The notes: generated by a model from the sequence alone, not told the origin. A stretch of 63,168 nt of DNA, filler included, from Platydemus manokwari (GCA_037951405.1; 6 parts of 6 records of this genome joined end to end with filler, not necessarily neighbours in it), one strand, 5' to 3'. Numbered from the whole stretch's first letter, positions 12,631-27,049 are shown. Program-made: numbers and translations.

Positions 12631-14435
12631 GATTCATTATTATATATTATTTATATGTTTATGTTTACATATTTATTATGTTGCACCTATGGGCTTATAT
12701 CTAACACACACACACATATATATATTACACATTTTCATTACTTTCAAAGAAATTTTCTGCGATAATTAATTATAAATCCTATTCAAGTTTAAAATAATGA
12801 TTTTTCAATTCGGAAGATTCTTTTATTCAGTAATAAAATCATTTATTTATGGAATTGATATAAATTAGATCGGATATGTTGGGTTACATTATCATTAATA
12901 GACGACCAGCTTTCATCTTAGTTATGAATCTAAAGATTGTCACACTAATTACATTAGCGGATTTTTTTAGTAGCAAGAAATCTTGTTTTGATTGATAAAT
13001 TACTGTTTTTCATCATTTTTTAATATAAGAATTGTGGATTTAAAATTTTTGTTTAGTTTGTAGAATTATTAGATGAAATATTATTAGCAAGAATTTTAAT
13101 AAAAAAAATTATGAAATATATGTATTAGATTTTAATTAAAATATTGATGTTATTACGAGAAGTTTTTTAATTTAAAAAATTCTTGTAAATAATAAATTCT
13201 AAGAAGACAAGATAAAATCGGGCCATATCAGTGCTACGATACTTCAACAAATAATCCATGACATAGGTAGCCAGCCACTTATGAAATATGATCTCGTAAT
13301 ATTAATTACATAATTCCAATGAGATAAGTACATTACTTGCCATAATTAATTATTAAGATCTTAAAATTCCTAAAAATACAAAGCATGGTTAATTGATGCA
13401 AATGTTTCTTCACAAATCACTTTATTCTACAAATGATCATGCCCTATATTACAAACAATCCACGCCCTTGTTTATTAACGTTCTTTCGAATGTTTTCAAT
13501 ATGTTTACACAATAAGTTTGTGATAGAATATAACATTAAATTAAATTTATTAAATTTTTATAGAGTATTTAAATATCATAACTAGACGCTTTGTCAAATT
13601 CATGTATTACAATGATCTTATTAATCAAAATCATTTTTCCTCTAGTACTCATTAATCATTAACTCTATATCTGATTACTCAATATCTTTACATATCCATA
13701 AAAGAGCTGATAAAACATTTCGCTAAAGTAGTTTTGACACATATACAAGCTCATAGTATATATCTCGTTATGACGCAATTATTTTTTTTTGGTTAATGTC
13801 GCATTTTCCTTTACAAATTTAGAAAAACATCAAATGTGGAAAATATTACTTATTTTGTTTAATAATAAAAAATTATCCAATTAGAATCAATGAATATTAT
13901 TCAAAAAACAACTGGAAATCATAGCCTCCTAGAAAAAACACACACACTGGAATCTTGAGTACAAATTATAACCAGTATATTTTAGTTTAGCAGACTAAGT
14001 TGTTTAATAACATTTAGCCACGTAAAAAAAATTAAATTTTACTCGTAACATGAATTTCACATAAATAAATTTTGTTTGCTACATCGGATTAAGGATTTAA
14101 TTATTTTCAATATTTAGTTTCCATTATATAAGTAATGTAAATTCAGAAAATTAAATTTCACAATTATTTACCTGAATTATTAAATTGCATTAAATTAAAT
14201 TAAATGATCATTATTAAGTTTTTATTAAATTAAATTCATTGATTATAATATAATAAAAATTATCTTATGCATAAAAATCAAAACATTTAAAAATTAAACA
14301 ATTATTTAAAAAACGATAGTGTTGTCTTTGTCTAAGAAAAACTGGTTAAAAATTTATCAAAAGATAAAATTTAAAAAATCTAAACTTTGTTTTAATATTG
14401 ATGTTTCATCGATAGGATTTTGTATTTACTTTTAA

Positions 14436-17400
14436 ATGAAAAAACATATTCAAAATGAATTTGATGGACCAGTATCCAAGAGGTCTCGAAAGTCTTTACA
14501 TATAACGAAAAATTTCTCTAGAAATATTTCTGCTTTTATAGAAGTATTAGATTCCCAATCGATCATAATTCCAGACAAACGTCCTAACACGGAAATCAAG
14601 GAATTAGGAAACTACATTCAGAGTGTCTATGATATTTCCAGTCCGGAATGCTTTTTGATGAATGGTGAAGAATATTCAGGTGACAAGTGCCTTCATGAAT
14701 TGACTCGGGAAAAATATTTGTATGTCCCATTGCAATCTGGTCTGGATGTTGAAGTGAAGTTTTTTTCCTTGTGTAAAGATGAGGTTTTGGTAAAAACTTT
14801 AAAAACCCTGGGAACAACTGAACTAGATTCCCTTGATAGGAATTTGATTGATAGTATAAAGTATGGCGTTAATATAATAAGGTTTTATAAAAGAAAAATT
14901 AAAAAATCTAAAAATAATGTTGTTTTCGCAGAATTTATTCCACAGAGTAAGTCTTATTTTTAAAATATTGATTTTGATTTTTGAAGAATATTTTATGATA
15001 TGAGTTGATTGGTTTGAGTAATTTTTTATTGAGGATTTTGAAACGATTGATCAGTATATTTAGTCAACCATTAGGTTCGCATTTTGATAATTATCAACTA
15101 TACCAAACTTGTATTGTGTAATTATTTAATAGTTTTTGCCAAATGATTGAGAATTTACTTTAAGATTTCATTTATAAAACCCTAAAACACTTGATATATC
15201 ATTTTATTTAAATGACGCTTCTATGCGTCTCATGATTTATCTACTTTTTGCTCAAGTAAACTGTTAGCAGCTTGAGAGAGATAGTTGTGTTTGTGTATTA
15301 TTTTTATGATTTCATGTTTGTATTTGCTCACTACTTTCATTGAAAGATAAGAAAATTAATTCAATTGTTCATTTCTCATTAATAGTTCTTCGTGGAAATA
15401 CTTGTGAAGATGCCAATGAAGAGAAAATTAATGAGTTGATGAGACATCGATTTAAATCACCACCGATTAACATCAAACAAAATATTTTCCAATTCAAACA
15501 ATTAATCGAAACTGAATTGATGATCAATCTCGATAAAGTCGATGTTTTCGATTTGTATAAATTTCACAAGGTCAGTCTCCATCAACACATATTTTCTGTC
15601 ATTTGTTTTTGTCTTTTTATCTACAGCTTCCAGAACAATTGCCTTTGTCGACATTCATCACAATGACCAACGATTTCACTGACTTCATTCTTTCATATCG
15701 TTTCAAACAAATGCCAAAAAACAATCTGATTTGTATAGTTATCAATCAAGTTATCCCAGTTCAGTTTTCTTACGAGAATAAGCCTGATATTCCTTCAATG
15801 GTTTCAATGACAGCTGCTCCACCGAAAGAAATGTTATTACCTTCTCTCGACCCATCGAAGAGAGCAGATAAAGAACAATGGGTCATTGTGGATAACTTTT
15901 CCCATGGTTGTAATATTGATAATCCCAAAGACTGGACAGCTTTAGAAGTACGTGGTTATATCAATATTCTATATAATTACTATGAAACCTTCTTAACATG
16001 GATTTTCTGATTTATAATTAGTCATCTCTTCATGGTTAATATCATCCGAGTAAGTTAACAAAAGGAAAACGTCATGATCACTTTACCAAAAAGCACACCT
16101 ATATAATGTTATATAATGCAGTTAAAGAAAGAAAGGGTTCTTTTCCACTAGTTACGTAATCCTCAAATAAAATATTAAATATCAAGGCATAAATATTTAT
16201 TAATATTTTGCACTGAACTAGAAATCCTGAGAAGATCTTAAGGAGGTCCATTACCCCGCATATTGTCGCTGAATCATATGTGATTCAAATACATTCTTTA
16301 AACCGCTGGAATATCATAAGTAAACCACTGATTATGGAAAAACGTGTGCCTCAATTACTTGTGATTAAGCATTTAATTAAATAAATTGTTGCCTAATAAT
16401 AATCGCGATATTAATAATGTTTCAGTATGAGAAGCGATATTTGAAATATAGCTCGCACCGAATCATTTGATAATCACACTCTTTCTTCATGAATGCTATT
16501 TCAATCCGTTATATTCAAAGGTTATGTCGGAAAAAATTATTAGTATTAGTTTAATAATTGAAATGCCGCTCTTTTTCATTGTATATCTTAACTATGGTAA
16601 CATGAACACGTACATTAGTCTAATGAGAATAATTAATTATTATTATTTTTTTCTTTGAAAATTAATTATTAAGATTTTTTGTTTAGATCGGGCTATGGTT
16701 CAATTACATCCGAACGTCATTTAATATTGTTCCTAATGATAGAGAGACAGAACTTTCACTTCTGAAAGGAGCCTTCTACAGTGTGATTATGGATAAAACA
16801 AGAATTATGGCGTCATTCAGACCGAGAGACAATGGAGACCGTGAATTGATTTTGGCGATATTTGTGAGGCATTGTGAATTATTGGTGAAATACAAACTAT
16901 TCTGTAAGTTTTATTTTCATTATCTGTGTTGGACAAGTTCAATAATGATAGATGACAGACAGTTATTGGTGATTTTGTTTTAGATCAGTTCAATAAACAT
17001 ATCGATAAAAGTGTGAATAGTGTCTGTTTAACTAAAAGACCTTCTCCGCCGCCACAAAGAAAAATCAGAGGACCTCAAGGACGAAGCAAAGCAAAGCGCG
17101 AGGATCTTGTTAAAAAGAGCGGAGGTCGTCGAGAAATCCAGTTGAATTCCAAAAACCTCATGGACACTAAACTGGGCAAATCGCTTTATTCGGGAAAGAA
17201 TTCGACGAGTGCTACTACAATCAGTCAATTTCAACATCGAAAATGGACGTTTTTCCTTCGATTTCTCGTTCAACCGAGGTGCGCCAATGAAGTGGCTTGG
17301 GTGGATTACGATGGAATATTCCGTTTGATGGAGCAAGATATCATTGCTAGAATGTATGGAGAAACTTGCAATAAACCCGATATGACATATGATAAGTTAT

Positions 17401-18503
17401 CGCGTGGCCTTCGATATGATCGGAGTGGCATTATTGACAAGGTGAGTCACCATAACATTGGGTCTGTCATATATTTATTAGTTGTATTTCGTATTGTGCT
17501 TTTAATTGGTTTATTATTTTTATATTACCTCATTACCATAGTAACCTGCTTGATCATAATAAATCTGATTACCGACCATTCTTAACTACTAATTCACTCA
17601 CCTCGAAATATTTCGACAGACTAACATCACTAAATGATCGATAGATTTCACATTGATAATTTATTGAGTACTCGTGCATAAGATTGTTATCTGATAAAAT
17701 TTAATACGTATTATTAATTATAAGTAGTAAATTCTTGGTAAATATTGATTCGAGTTAATCGTGCACCATTCGATCATATCATCACATGTTTCAGGTGGAT
17801 AAAAATTATTGCTGGAAATTTACAGTGCCAATTGAAGAAATTCTCGGTCTCAGTGTGGAAACAATTGTTAAGAAAATGTATAAATATTATAATAAGAGAA
17901 ACAGCAATTACCCGGCTGATATTTTATTAAAAGAAAGCTTAGCTAAAAGTAAACTCGTAATGACGAATTGAGTTAGATTAATTTTGCGTCGAATAATTTA
18001 CAGAAAAAACGAAACCAATTGGACCAATGATATTGCTTGTGAGAGATCCAGAAGAAGTCGCCAATGAAGATCGATTACAAGCATTCATTGAGTCGGAACC
18101 ATGTGAAACAGTTTCTAGAATGGGATACATGTCGACTGATAGAATGATCAATTTCTGGCTCAATATTGATCAGATTGGTGAAGAAAAATATAATAAACGT
18201 TTGAATCAAGGTCGATTGGTGCATTCTGTGGTTCCAAATGAGACCGAATTAATTGCCTTGACGAGATTAAACGATAATAATCAAGTTTTTGAAAATCGGT
18301 ACTGGATGAATGAGGATATAAAAATGTCACCAAAAACAGCACAATATCTTTTAAAGCCAGATTTGAGCAATAAATATTTGACCAATGACAACCCTTCGTT
18401 TGATTACGAAAACGTGGTTTTAACTCCCGGAAATGGAGCATCAGACGTAGAAGAAGAGCTCGTTATTGACAATTTTTTTTACAACGAACATTGTTTACAA
18501 TAA
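14436..18503 (+). CDS. GABPA: GABP-alpha (Ets97D)-like ETS transcription factor, about 781 aa, 7 exons
   Basis: Phase-consistent GT-AG exons: 14436-14946, 15386-15570, 15627-15947, 16687-16903, 16984-17441, 17795-17948, 18004-18503. They give an OST-like segment (INIKQNIFQFKQLIETEL), a PNT domain (NPKDWTALEIGLW...FVRHCELLVKY, compare GABPA LWSHLELLRKY) and an ETS domain (KWTFFLRFL...VAWVDYDGIFRL...MTYDKLSRGLRY...YCWKF). Confidence 0.8.
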
Positions 18504-19090
18504 ATATTTTTTAATTTTTGTGGTACTTGTTTGTTTAATGATAGAATGCTGAGTAATTTTTTATTATTTATTGACATTCCCTAAGTGTCGCTGAGGAATT
18601 TGTTAGGTTAACATAATTATCAAATCGACTGTTAATAAAATATAGCATAATTTACCTCAATACAACACGGGAATCAAAGTCACGACCTCATATTTAAAAA
18701 CAAACACGAGTCAGGTCACAAGTGAGCAAACTACCTGAAAAAAGATAAAGTATGCATGAAAGGTCACTTACTAAAAACTACTGGCTATTCTTGTCACGAG
18801 ATGACTCTTTTATGAGCTATGTTCTGTTTGAACCTTGTGTATGATTTCCTTTTTACCAAAAAACTGTCCAAAGATTTTGGTTGGTTAATTTTCATCTTTC
18901 GTCATTGTCATTGTTGCAACGATAATTTTGTTATTTTCTGCTGGTATATATCGTTGGATGATGGAAAGACAACCAACTATCAATGATTTAAAGTTATTTG
19001 ATTGGCTTCTTTCATGTATTAGGCTGAGTCAAAAGTTATTCATGTTTTTTAGTTGTTTAAAGTTTTTGTTTTACCAAATCATTTAAACAT

Positions 19091-19190
19091 NNNNNNNNNN
19101 NNNNNNNNNNNNNNNNNNNNNNNNNNNNNNNNNNTTAATTAATTAANNNNNNNNNNNNNNNNNNNNNNNNNNNNNNNNNNNNNNNNNNNN
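19091..19190. other. Artificial contig linker
   Basis: 44N-TTAATTAATTAA-44N. Confidence 0.98.
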
Positions 19191-19449
19191 AAATTAATTT
19201 ATTGAATTTCCAAATTTTAAAAATTTACGAAATGATTGTAAATTATTCAAACAAATCAGTTATAATTAATCCAATACACATACATGTAATAATTCAAATA
19301 ATTAATATCAAATAATTATTTCGAATAATTTGTTTCTTGAAAAATTAACGAAAAGTTCTTTTATTAATTTTTGAAATATTATTTATTAATAATTTGAATC
19401 CAGGAAAAATAATAAACATCACTGATATCATTGGGTCTTAATATTTTAT

Positions 19450-22400
19450 GCAACATAGTTTTAATTTAACATATAAACCGAATCAGGAAAACCAATCTAT
19501 AAAAATAATTAAGGTGAATTATGAACATACACTGCATTACAAACACCAAAAAAACAAGACAGAGGACATCCTCATTCTTAAGAAAAACGAACATACAGAT
19601 TTATGCAAATGAGAATCTTAACAAACTTATGTAAGATTATTTATCAAGAAAAATTAAACGAAACATTTTCATTTATTGTATTGGAGACCAACTTCGGAAG
19701 AATCTTTGCGTTAATTGGCACCAAATCCCTAATCATCAATAACGATTAAAAGGAAGATTTTCGCTTTTTATGTTTGATAACAGGTTTGTTAGAAACTTGA
19801 TATTAGCTCGTATATTTATTAAATTCTTTCTGCTTATCTAGCTTTTCTTTTCTATTCTTCTCTTCAGGATATCCTTTTACAAACAAACAGGTTACACATA
19901 AAGCTACTTTACATATTTTAAGCATGTTTATTATTTCACAATCTCACTGGCTACTCTTCAGCCTAACAGATTTTGCATTTATTTTCTTAAGGCTAAGAAG
20001 CATATGGTTTGTTGCACTTCACTGATATTTGGTTATATAACCATTGTGTATATAAACTCCGGATTGTTTTATTTTATGGTATTTATATTTTTATTTTGGT
20101 TTTTATTTTTATATGATTTAGTCGACGAGATGTAGTTCTTTTTATAAAGTTATGAAGTCATGTTTTCTTTTGACAATATGTAAAGATAGTGGTCAGTACG
20201 GCTACTAATCTAATCGATTTTTGTAAGGAAACTATTTGTTTTGACTCGACTATGAGCTTTGTGCTTGTTTAAATATATTCTTCCTTGTCTTTCCTTCATC
20301 TTCGTTTTATATTCAGGAACAGAATCCTTAAAGAGAATTTTATTTTTATATGGCTATTTTGTTTTTTTTAGGTCAAAACTTCTTGGTACCTTTGACACCT
20401 AATGAATGTAAACTTCATACGAAAACAAGATCGATGGGTGAACTTGAAAATTATTGTCGATAAGTTCCATTGACGTTAGCAATGTGATAGATAATTTGAT
20501 TGTAAAAAGCCTCATGCCTGTGATTGTAAAAGAAGACCTAATCATATAGTCGAACAAAAAAATATCAAGCCGTTAGGCCAAATATTTCAGATTTTCCTGC
20601 TAATAAATCTATTTAAAACCAAAAAGTGCTCTGACCTTGAGGCAACGACTAAATACTTCTTGTTAATGAATTTAATGACACATTTCTGATATTTGCTTCC
20701 GTGATTTATAATGTTGTAATGATAATTTACCTCGTTGCCATAGTGACATGTGTTAATTGTTCAAATATCCATGATTGTGTTAAATTTCCATTGCAATTTG
20801 AATTATAGAAATTTGAAATTAAATATTTAATATGTTCAGTACTTAGTTGGCTTTGTATCCAACAATGTAACGTAGCACTTATATGAATAATGATTGCAAG
20901 TTTTAATCCTTACTGAGTGATGTATTTCTATTCTTGTGTGAACTAACATAATTATATTGAATTAAATTTACTTTCTCGGAAGTAAAAATCAATGCAACTA
21001 ATTACTTTAAAGCATATAAATAGTAAGTTGGTTTATTGTATTTATTCTTGGTATTATTTATCGAGGATAGCCATACAATTAATATAATAGAGAACAGCTA
21101 TCAAGCTACAATAAAGGAAATTTTAACAAAAATTGCTGCACTTAACAGTATTATTGCCTAAAAAATTTGAAGCATTAAATTCAATCAAAATAGTTTTCTT
21201 TTAGCACTCTGAACATTTTTATGTCTATATTATCATACAAACATAGCAACTAACCAATTACACCGGAGATAGATGGTAAACGACACAACAATACACAAGG
21301 ATTGACCAATCCCATTCATGAAAATACCAAAAAGCCCAGTAGGAACTTGGAAAAGTAAAGATCAGATCAAAATGTGATTCAAACGTTTCACAAAAATGAC
21401 GCACACATCTCGAGTATAAATATCGATGTAAAGATGACCAATTGCCAGTTGGAAGCCAGGTTTTGGTTATGTTTTTGAGTAGTATCTGTATTTTTGTAAG
21501 TTGTACTGATTAGTACACAGGTTAGAAATAAAGTCTATAGCCTTCGGTTTCATGGGTCTGGACATCAACAAATACAGTGTTTTTGGTTTGATAAAGAAGT
21601 TTCATATAAAAAACTTGATCCAAAGCAAGTTATGAAAGATTCAATTAATCTCCTTTTTTACAAATTTACATTTCAATTCTCAAAACTTATCTTTTAATTT
21701 TGTGCTGATTTTTGGGATCTCTTGGTTATTTTTGTTTTTGTTTAATTAACTGCAATTATTTTTGAAACCTTTCTAGTAATCTCTGGTTTAATCGATACTC
21801 AGGAGTTCTAATGACCCACAGATAATCATGAAACTAACATTGTGATGTTTTTTCGCCTTGGTCAACTCTAATCCTTGTATGAAGACAGGATGAATGACTC
21901 TAGGCTTTACTTATTGATTTTAAAATTACTCACTAAACTTCTAATTTCAAATAGTTTCGATTGAACCTCATCAAATGTTAATGAATTGATACTAAAGGTG
22001 ATAATTTTATTGCAAATGAAATGATACCTCATAGCACTTGCTAACTTCAATATTAAAAAAAATTTTTGTTTTGAATACACTTTTAGTGCGATCACAAAAT
22101 AATACAATTTTACACTTAATACTAAATTTTACGAATACCTTCACACACTTAAACGACAAGAGTTTGGGCTACAACTTCTGGAAAAGTTAAGAAATTTCCA
22201 AGTTGTGTAAAATCAATTTGTTCAAGAACTTTGAGGTTAACACGATAAATAGGAAGAATATACGTTTGTTATAAATAATTGATGATTTTACAATTATTTA
22301 AATGCTTACGGTTTTCCGATCGGCGTTGGATTGAACAATCTTTGCAGAACAATGTTGTTGAGTAGTGAAATACTCCTAAATAGCAATATTAAATAAATTT

Positions 22401-23380
22401 TTTTTTCAAAAATCCAAGACATTTCTAAAAATAGAAACTATAAATGCAAATATAAATATAATTTATTAAGTCTAAAAATAGAAATAATAATTTAATAATT
22501 AAAAAATAGAATTATAGAATCGTAGAAGTACAAAAATAGAACAAAAAATGTGATAATAATCTAAAAAATTGTAGGTCAGAAAAGAGAGAAATAACAATAT
22601 AAAAAGAGATGACGCATAACTACAACTTATTTATTATAGCAAAAAAGCTCAAAAAAGCTTCATGTTAAAAAATCTATAACTCATTCTATTTTAATCTAAA
22701 AAATCTATTTATTGGAAAACGCCCACAAATTATTGGACAAACTCTCGACTAAGTGAACAACATTACAACTATTGATTTATAGAAGTAAACAATTATTGTA
22801 TAAATCAGGATATTATATATAGCCGTCCTGCGAAAACAAAATACACAAGCTAGAACGAAGAAAAATCTCTGTTTGCAACGAGATTTCAACAATTTTATTC
22901 TTTCATAACTTTTCATAATTGATAGTGTCTATGATAAATATTATAACCATTGCTATTGTCAGTTGCTTGGGCTCTACCCAACCGCCATTTCATTAAAACT
23001 TAACACATTTTAATTGTGGAAATCTTATCTGCGCAATTATCGGAATATCAGGTCGTAACAATCTTCAAATCACATCGAGGACCTTGCAGCTCTCCGTATA
23101 ATGGACAACTATATTAATACAAGATATCAATAGCCGTTAATTAATAAACGTGATGATTAATTCACCTGGTTACTTGTTTATATTGATTAATAATTAACTA
23201 TTGCAATTTACAGTTGTGCTTATAGATTTGTGATTTGATCGTTTAATTATATATTTTATTCTATTGGATTATTTATTTATATTTAAATTATTTCTATCGT
23301 TTTAAATTGCGCCTTCAGAGTCAGTCACAATTTATGTAAAAACATAACAAGCAATGAAAACCTTCTGAAATTCAAACCCT
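19450..23380 (-). mobile_element. Heavily decayed Gypsy-like LTR retrotransposon (PBS-like site, leader, gag and pol relics)
   Basis: On the minus strand, in the expected order: TCAGAAG PBS-like core (~23365), T-rich leader, gag-like DQGEK...LIESFI (~21600-21870), RT-like RRLNHI (~20120), MLLSLKK (compare MPFGLKN, ~19990) and RNase H-like NLPF...GFGA (~19715-19760). All are interrupted by stops or frameshifts. Confidence 0.45.
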
Positions 23381-24039
23381 ATCAATATCAAATTGATCTT
23401 CCAGTTATTCACTGGGTAAATAATTGTCGAAGATGTTTGAGGAATTCGTCACACTTAATGGTTTCCGCAATTCAATTCACGCGCTTTGAATAACTCATCT
23501 GTTGCAAGGCTTAGTTGTTTTTAATATGGGCAAGCTACGGATGTTATATACCTATTTATATGTTTGTTTATTCTAGGAGAATTTCCATTTACATTCATGT
23601 GTACTATTTTATCACAATGGTTTCCTAATTTATTCAAGGATATTATTCTCAGTATAGGGATTTCTATTGAATCAAATTCTACATAATACCACAAAAATAA
23701 AAATTTCATGCACATAAATTAGTTTTTAGCACATTTGGATATTGGGAAATGTCTTTTTCTTGTACTAATTTTACTTTTTAAATAACAGATTCTCTTTAAT
23801 AAAGCAGAAATATATAACAATAATATTTTTTGCTCAACATTTCAATACGATTAATTATTCTTTTCATTAAGTCTACACGCAATAACGGATATTAAAAAAC
23901 AAACATCTTTTGAAGACAACGATATATATTCTCCTGCGATTCCTCATGGCTACGTCCAGTAATGGATTGATTGATCGCTCAGCTATCGTTCTCAGAGTCA
24001 AAGTCCAACTGTTAATAGTCTTCATTCCTTGTTTTCGTT

Positions 24040-24520
24040 GATTTGAGGCAGTATGCATTTATTTTACCAGTGTGGAACTGCCATTGGAGGTACGACGCGT
24101 TAATATTTGACTTTACGCATTTCATCGCAATTTGTGGATGATTTGCTGGCTAAGGTAGTCCCAATTTTCGTAGAATTCCATCATTTGACTTCACCCATGT
24201 TCAGAGCACCTGCGATCAAAGTATGAAGTTCAACCGTGAATTTTGATTTGTTCTTTTTTACCTCTTTTTTGAGACTGTTGTACTTGGCGAGGTTTTTCTG
24301 ATTTGTCTCATCATTTGGCCTTGGCTCGTTCATGGGTAATTTGATGTCAATTAACATGATGGTTGGTTTTTCTGTCAATTACCATTTGTAAGTCGACTCG
24401 AAGGTTGGAGCTGGCAAATTGGCATTTCTGATCTATAAAGATTGTATAATCGGTATGATATTCCACACACTCTGCTATAATCTCCATAACTTCATTGCGC
24501 CTTCATTTATTATGATTTTA
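24040..24520 (-). pseudogene. Restriction-like endonuclease (RLE) domain relic of an R2/R4/NeSL-type non-LTR retrotransposon
   Basis: Translation RRNEVMEIIA...IFIDQKCQFASSNLRVDLQMVI [frameshift] IMLIDIKLPM...KNLAKYNSL...VELHTLIAGAL. This matches the RHN...PD..D...K..KY...GALG pattern of RLE domains. Confidence 0.7.
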
Positions 24521-25283
24521 TTCGCATAGTTGCTTGTTATTTTTTTAATATTGTTTTATTTTAACATTATTTAAACGACATTTCATTTTATCATGATATT
24601 TAATAATAATTTTTCACAAATGCTTCTTTATTAGCACCCGATTTTGAATTCAATTCACATTTCTTAATAACTAATCATTATGAACTTCATCAAATAGTTA
24701 CTCAGTAAGAGCATTATCTGCATTTGTGAAAATTTCTATAATGGTCTCAAATCGTTTGTTTTACATACAATTGATTGGATATTATCAGTATAATTTCTAA
24801 AGTAACTTACAGTTCTTGAATAACATGCTTGGTTTCGAATTTTATAAAATTCAACTTTAAATTTAATCATACCGGAAAAATATTTCTTAAATCAATATAT
24901 GAATAACGCCTTCATGTGATTAAAACACAAATAATTCATTTTTGTTAAATTAAAATCATTTCACAGTAAAGCATTGAAAGTGCCAGTAATATTTAAGAAA
25001 TAACAAATATCAGCGTTTAGTGATATTTTATTAAAAATAAGGCTCAAGTATTTGACACAACGCATTTTATGAATAATTATGTAAATCTGAAAAATTTCAA
25101 AAACAACTATGATTATATTTCAATTAACTATTTGTGAAATTATAAAATAAAAAATAACATCTGAAAAACGATGGATCTATTTAAAATATTTGCATTTAGT
25201 GGCCTCGAAAAAATTAAAATATGAATTGTATTTACAAGATATTTTATAAAAACCAAAACTAACAACAAACACATTTCAATTGA

Positions 25284-26525
25284 CTAATTCAATATTTCTC
25301 TTGCATTAACATTTATCAAATCACTCATTTCCGAAACGGAATTAGTCCATCCCCTAATATTTCGTTGAATGATCTCAATTTGTGCCATATTTAAAACACG
25401 AGGTTGAACCCATTTGATCATAACAAGCTCATTAACTTCATCAATTCGACCCTTTATCAGTTCTTTTGACATAGCTTTCATCACCAATAATTCCACAACA
25501 TTCAAAGGAACTCTCGTGACTTGAGAAATCTCTTGAAACGAAATGGTTCTTTGATTAACTGGTCTTTGGAAAATTGTTTCAACAAGACACATCAATGTGA
25601 TTTTCTCCTGTAAAAATCCAATATCTTTAGCCAAATCCGATTGAGATAATAATTGATTTTCTAATGCATCAACTTTCACCAATGATCCTTCATTGAATCC
25701 TTTAACAATTTCCAGCAAATATTTATTTTTATCACTAATGTGATTAACGATGTCATGCATTAATAATTCACCGAAATTGTAAATATTACGACCTAATAAT
25801 GCACTGACGCACAACTTCACACCACAAGTCTCCTTTTCTTCTGGACTTATATTATCCATTTGCTCTTTGCTCAAACATCCCAAATATTTCAATGTTTCCC
25901 TATAAAATGAACTATAATCAGAAATGGCAGCAAAATAATTGCTGGAAAGCTTGTAAAATGGGGCATGGGCACTTGATACACCATCAAGTTCATTGAGCAA
26001 ATTTTCTGCTCTTTCCATAACTTCTCTTGAACTGCTCAAATCATTGAGGTAATTCAAATTAATAAGACCAATTTCAGTTAATAACAAGACAGTAGACTCC
26101 TTAGCATTGACACCTGTAACTTTGCCAATGATCTTATTAAGAAATTCTATGGTAAAAGAAGGTCCTTCTTTTTTAAGAATTTGATTACCAATAATAATTG
26201 AAATTCTAGCCAAAGCTAAAGAATTCATTCTAAAATTAACTAAATATGTTTGAAATATATTAAATTATTAACTACTTGTTTTCAAAAGATGATATTAATT
26301 GCTCATAGAGTCTTTTCAGATCGACATTATCAACGAAATGCTCAACGTTCACCAACTTTTCGATACAAAGAGTTAGCTGATGCCACAACCTATTGAAAAA
26401 TAATAAGTAATTTATTTAATTAATTAATTAAACTTTTTTCCATAAAGATTTAGAATTTCTGTCCATGAGTCTTGAAAATAATCATTCAAATTGATATTTT
26501 CTTGAATGTAACTATAACTATCCAT
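25284..26525 (-). CDS. PSMD13: 26S proteasome non-ATPase regulatory subunit 13 (Rpn9), 3 exons
   Basis: Exons 26525-26434, 26389-26276 and 26229-25284 (introns 44 and 46 nt). Conserved LYGKKLWHQLT, ALLGRNIYNFGELL, VELLVMKAMS and WVQPRVL (PCI domain). Confidence 0.95.
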
Positions 26526-27049
26526 TTATCAAAATTCAAAAATTGAATTATTTGTTAGAAAATTCAAACAATTTTGAAAACCAATTTTACATTTAAACTA
26601 TGTATGAACTATTTGATAAGTTAAATCTTTATGATATTTTTTATTAAATAAAAACTAATAAAAAATAATTTGAAAATCAGATGATAAATTATTTGAAATG
26701 AGTTGATTAACATTTTAAAAGTAATCTACATAATTCTAGATTTATTTTCAAATTTTTTAGATTATTCTTACAAAATGATTAATTTTTTATTTAAATTTAT
26801 TGTGTTAAGTAGAGACGAAATCTTACGAAAGAGAAAAATTTTTGCATACAGGAACCCTTATTTTAGAAATTTTAGCATTTATAAGCCTATACAACCAATC
26901 ATAGCTGAATTAATTGGAAAATTCTAGTTCGTAAAATGGACATAGCCGCATAGTAACAAACATAATGAGTGGCCAATCCCAAAGTCAATTAATTCAATTG
27001 GAAACTAAAAAATAAAAGACCTGTTATGGAGATCCATCCGGGTTATTTC

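Noticed and set aside
16022-16049. Candidate micro-exon (ISSWLISS) in the GABPA intron
   Set aside because: Phase is incompatible with the 15947 donor. Direct splicing to 16687 gives the correct PNT W-x7-W spacing.
22420-22560. CTAAAAATAG (MEF2-consensus) cluster
   Set aside because: Expected by chance in A-rich DNA and part of the repeat family's low-complexity leader.
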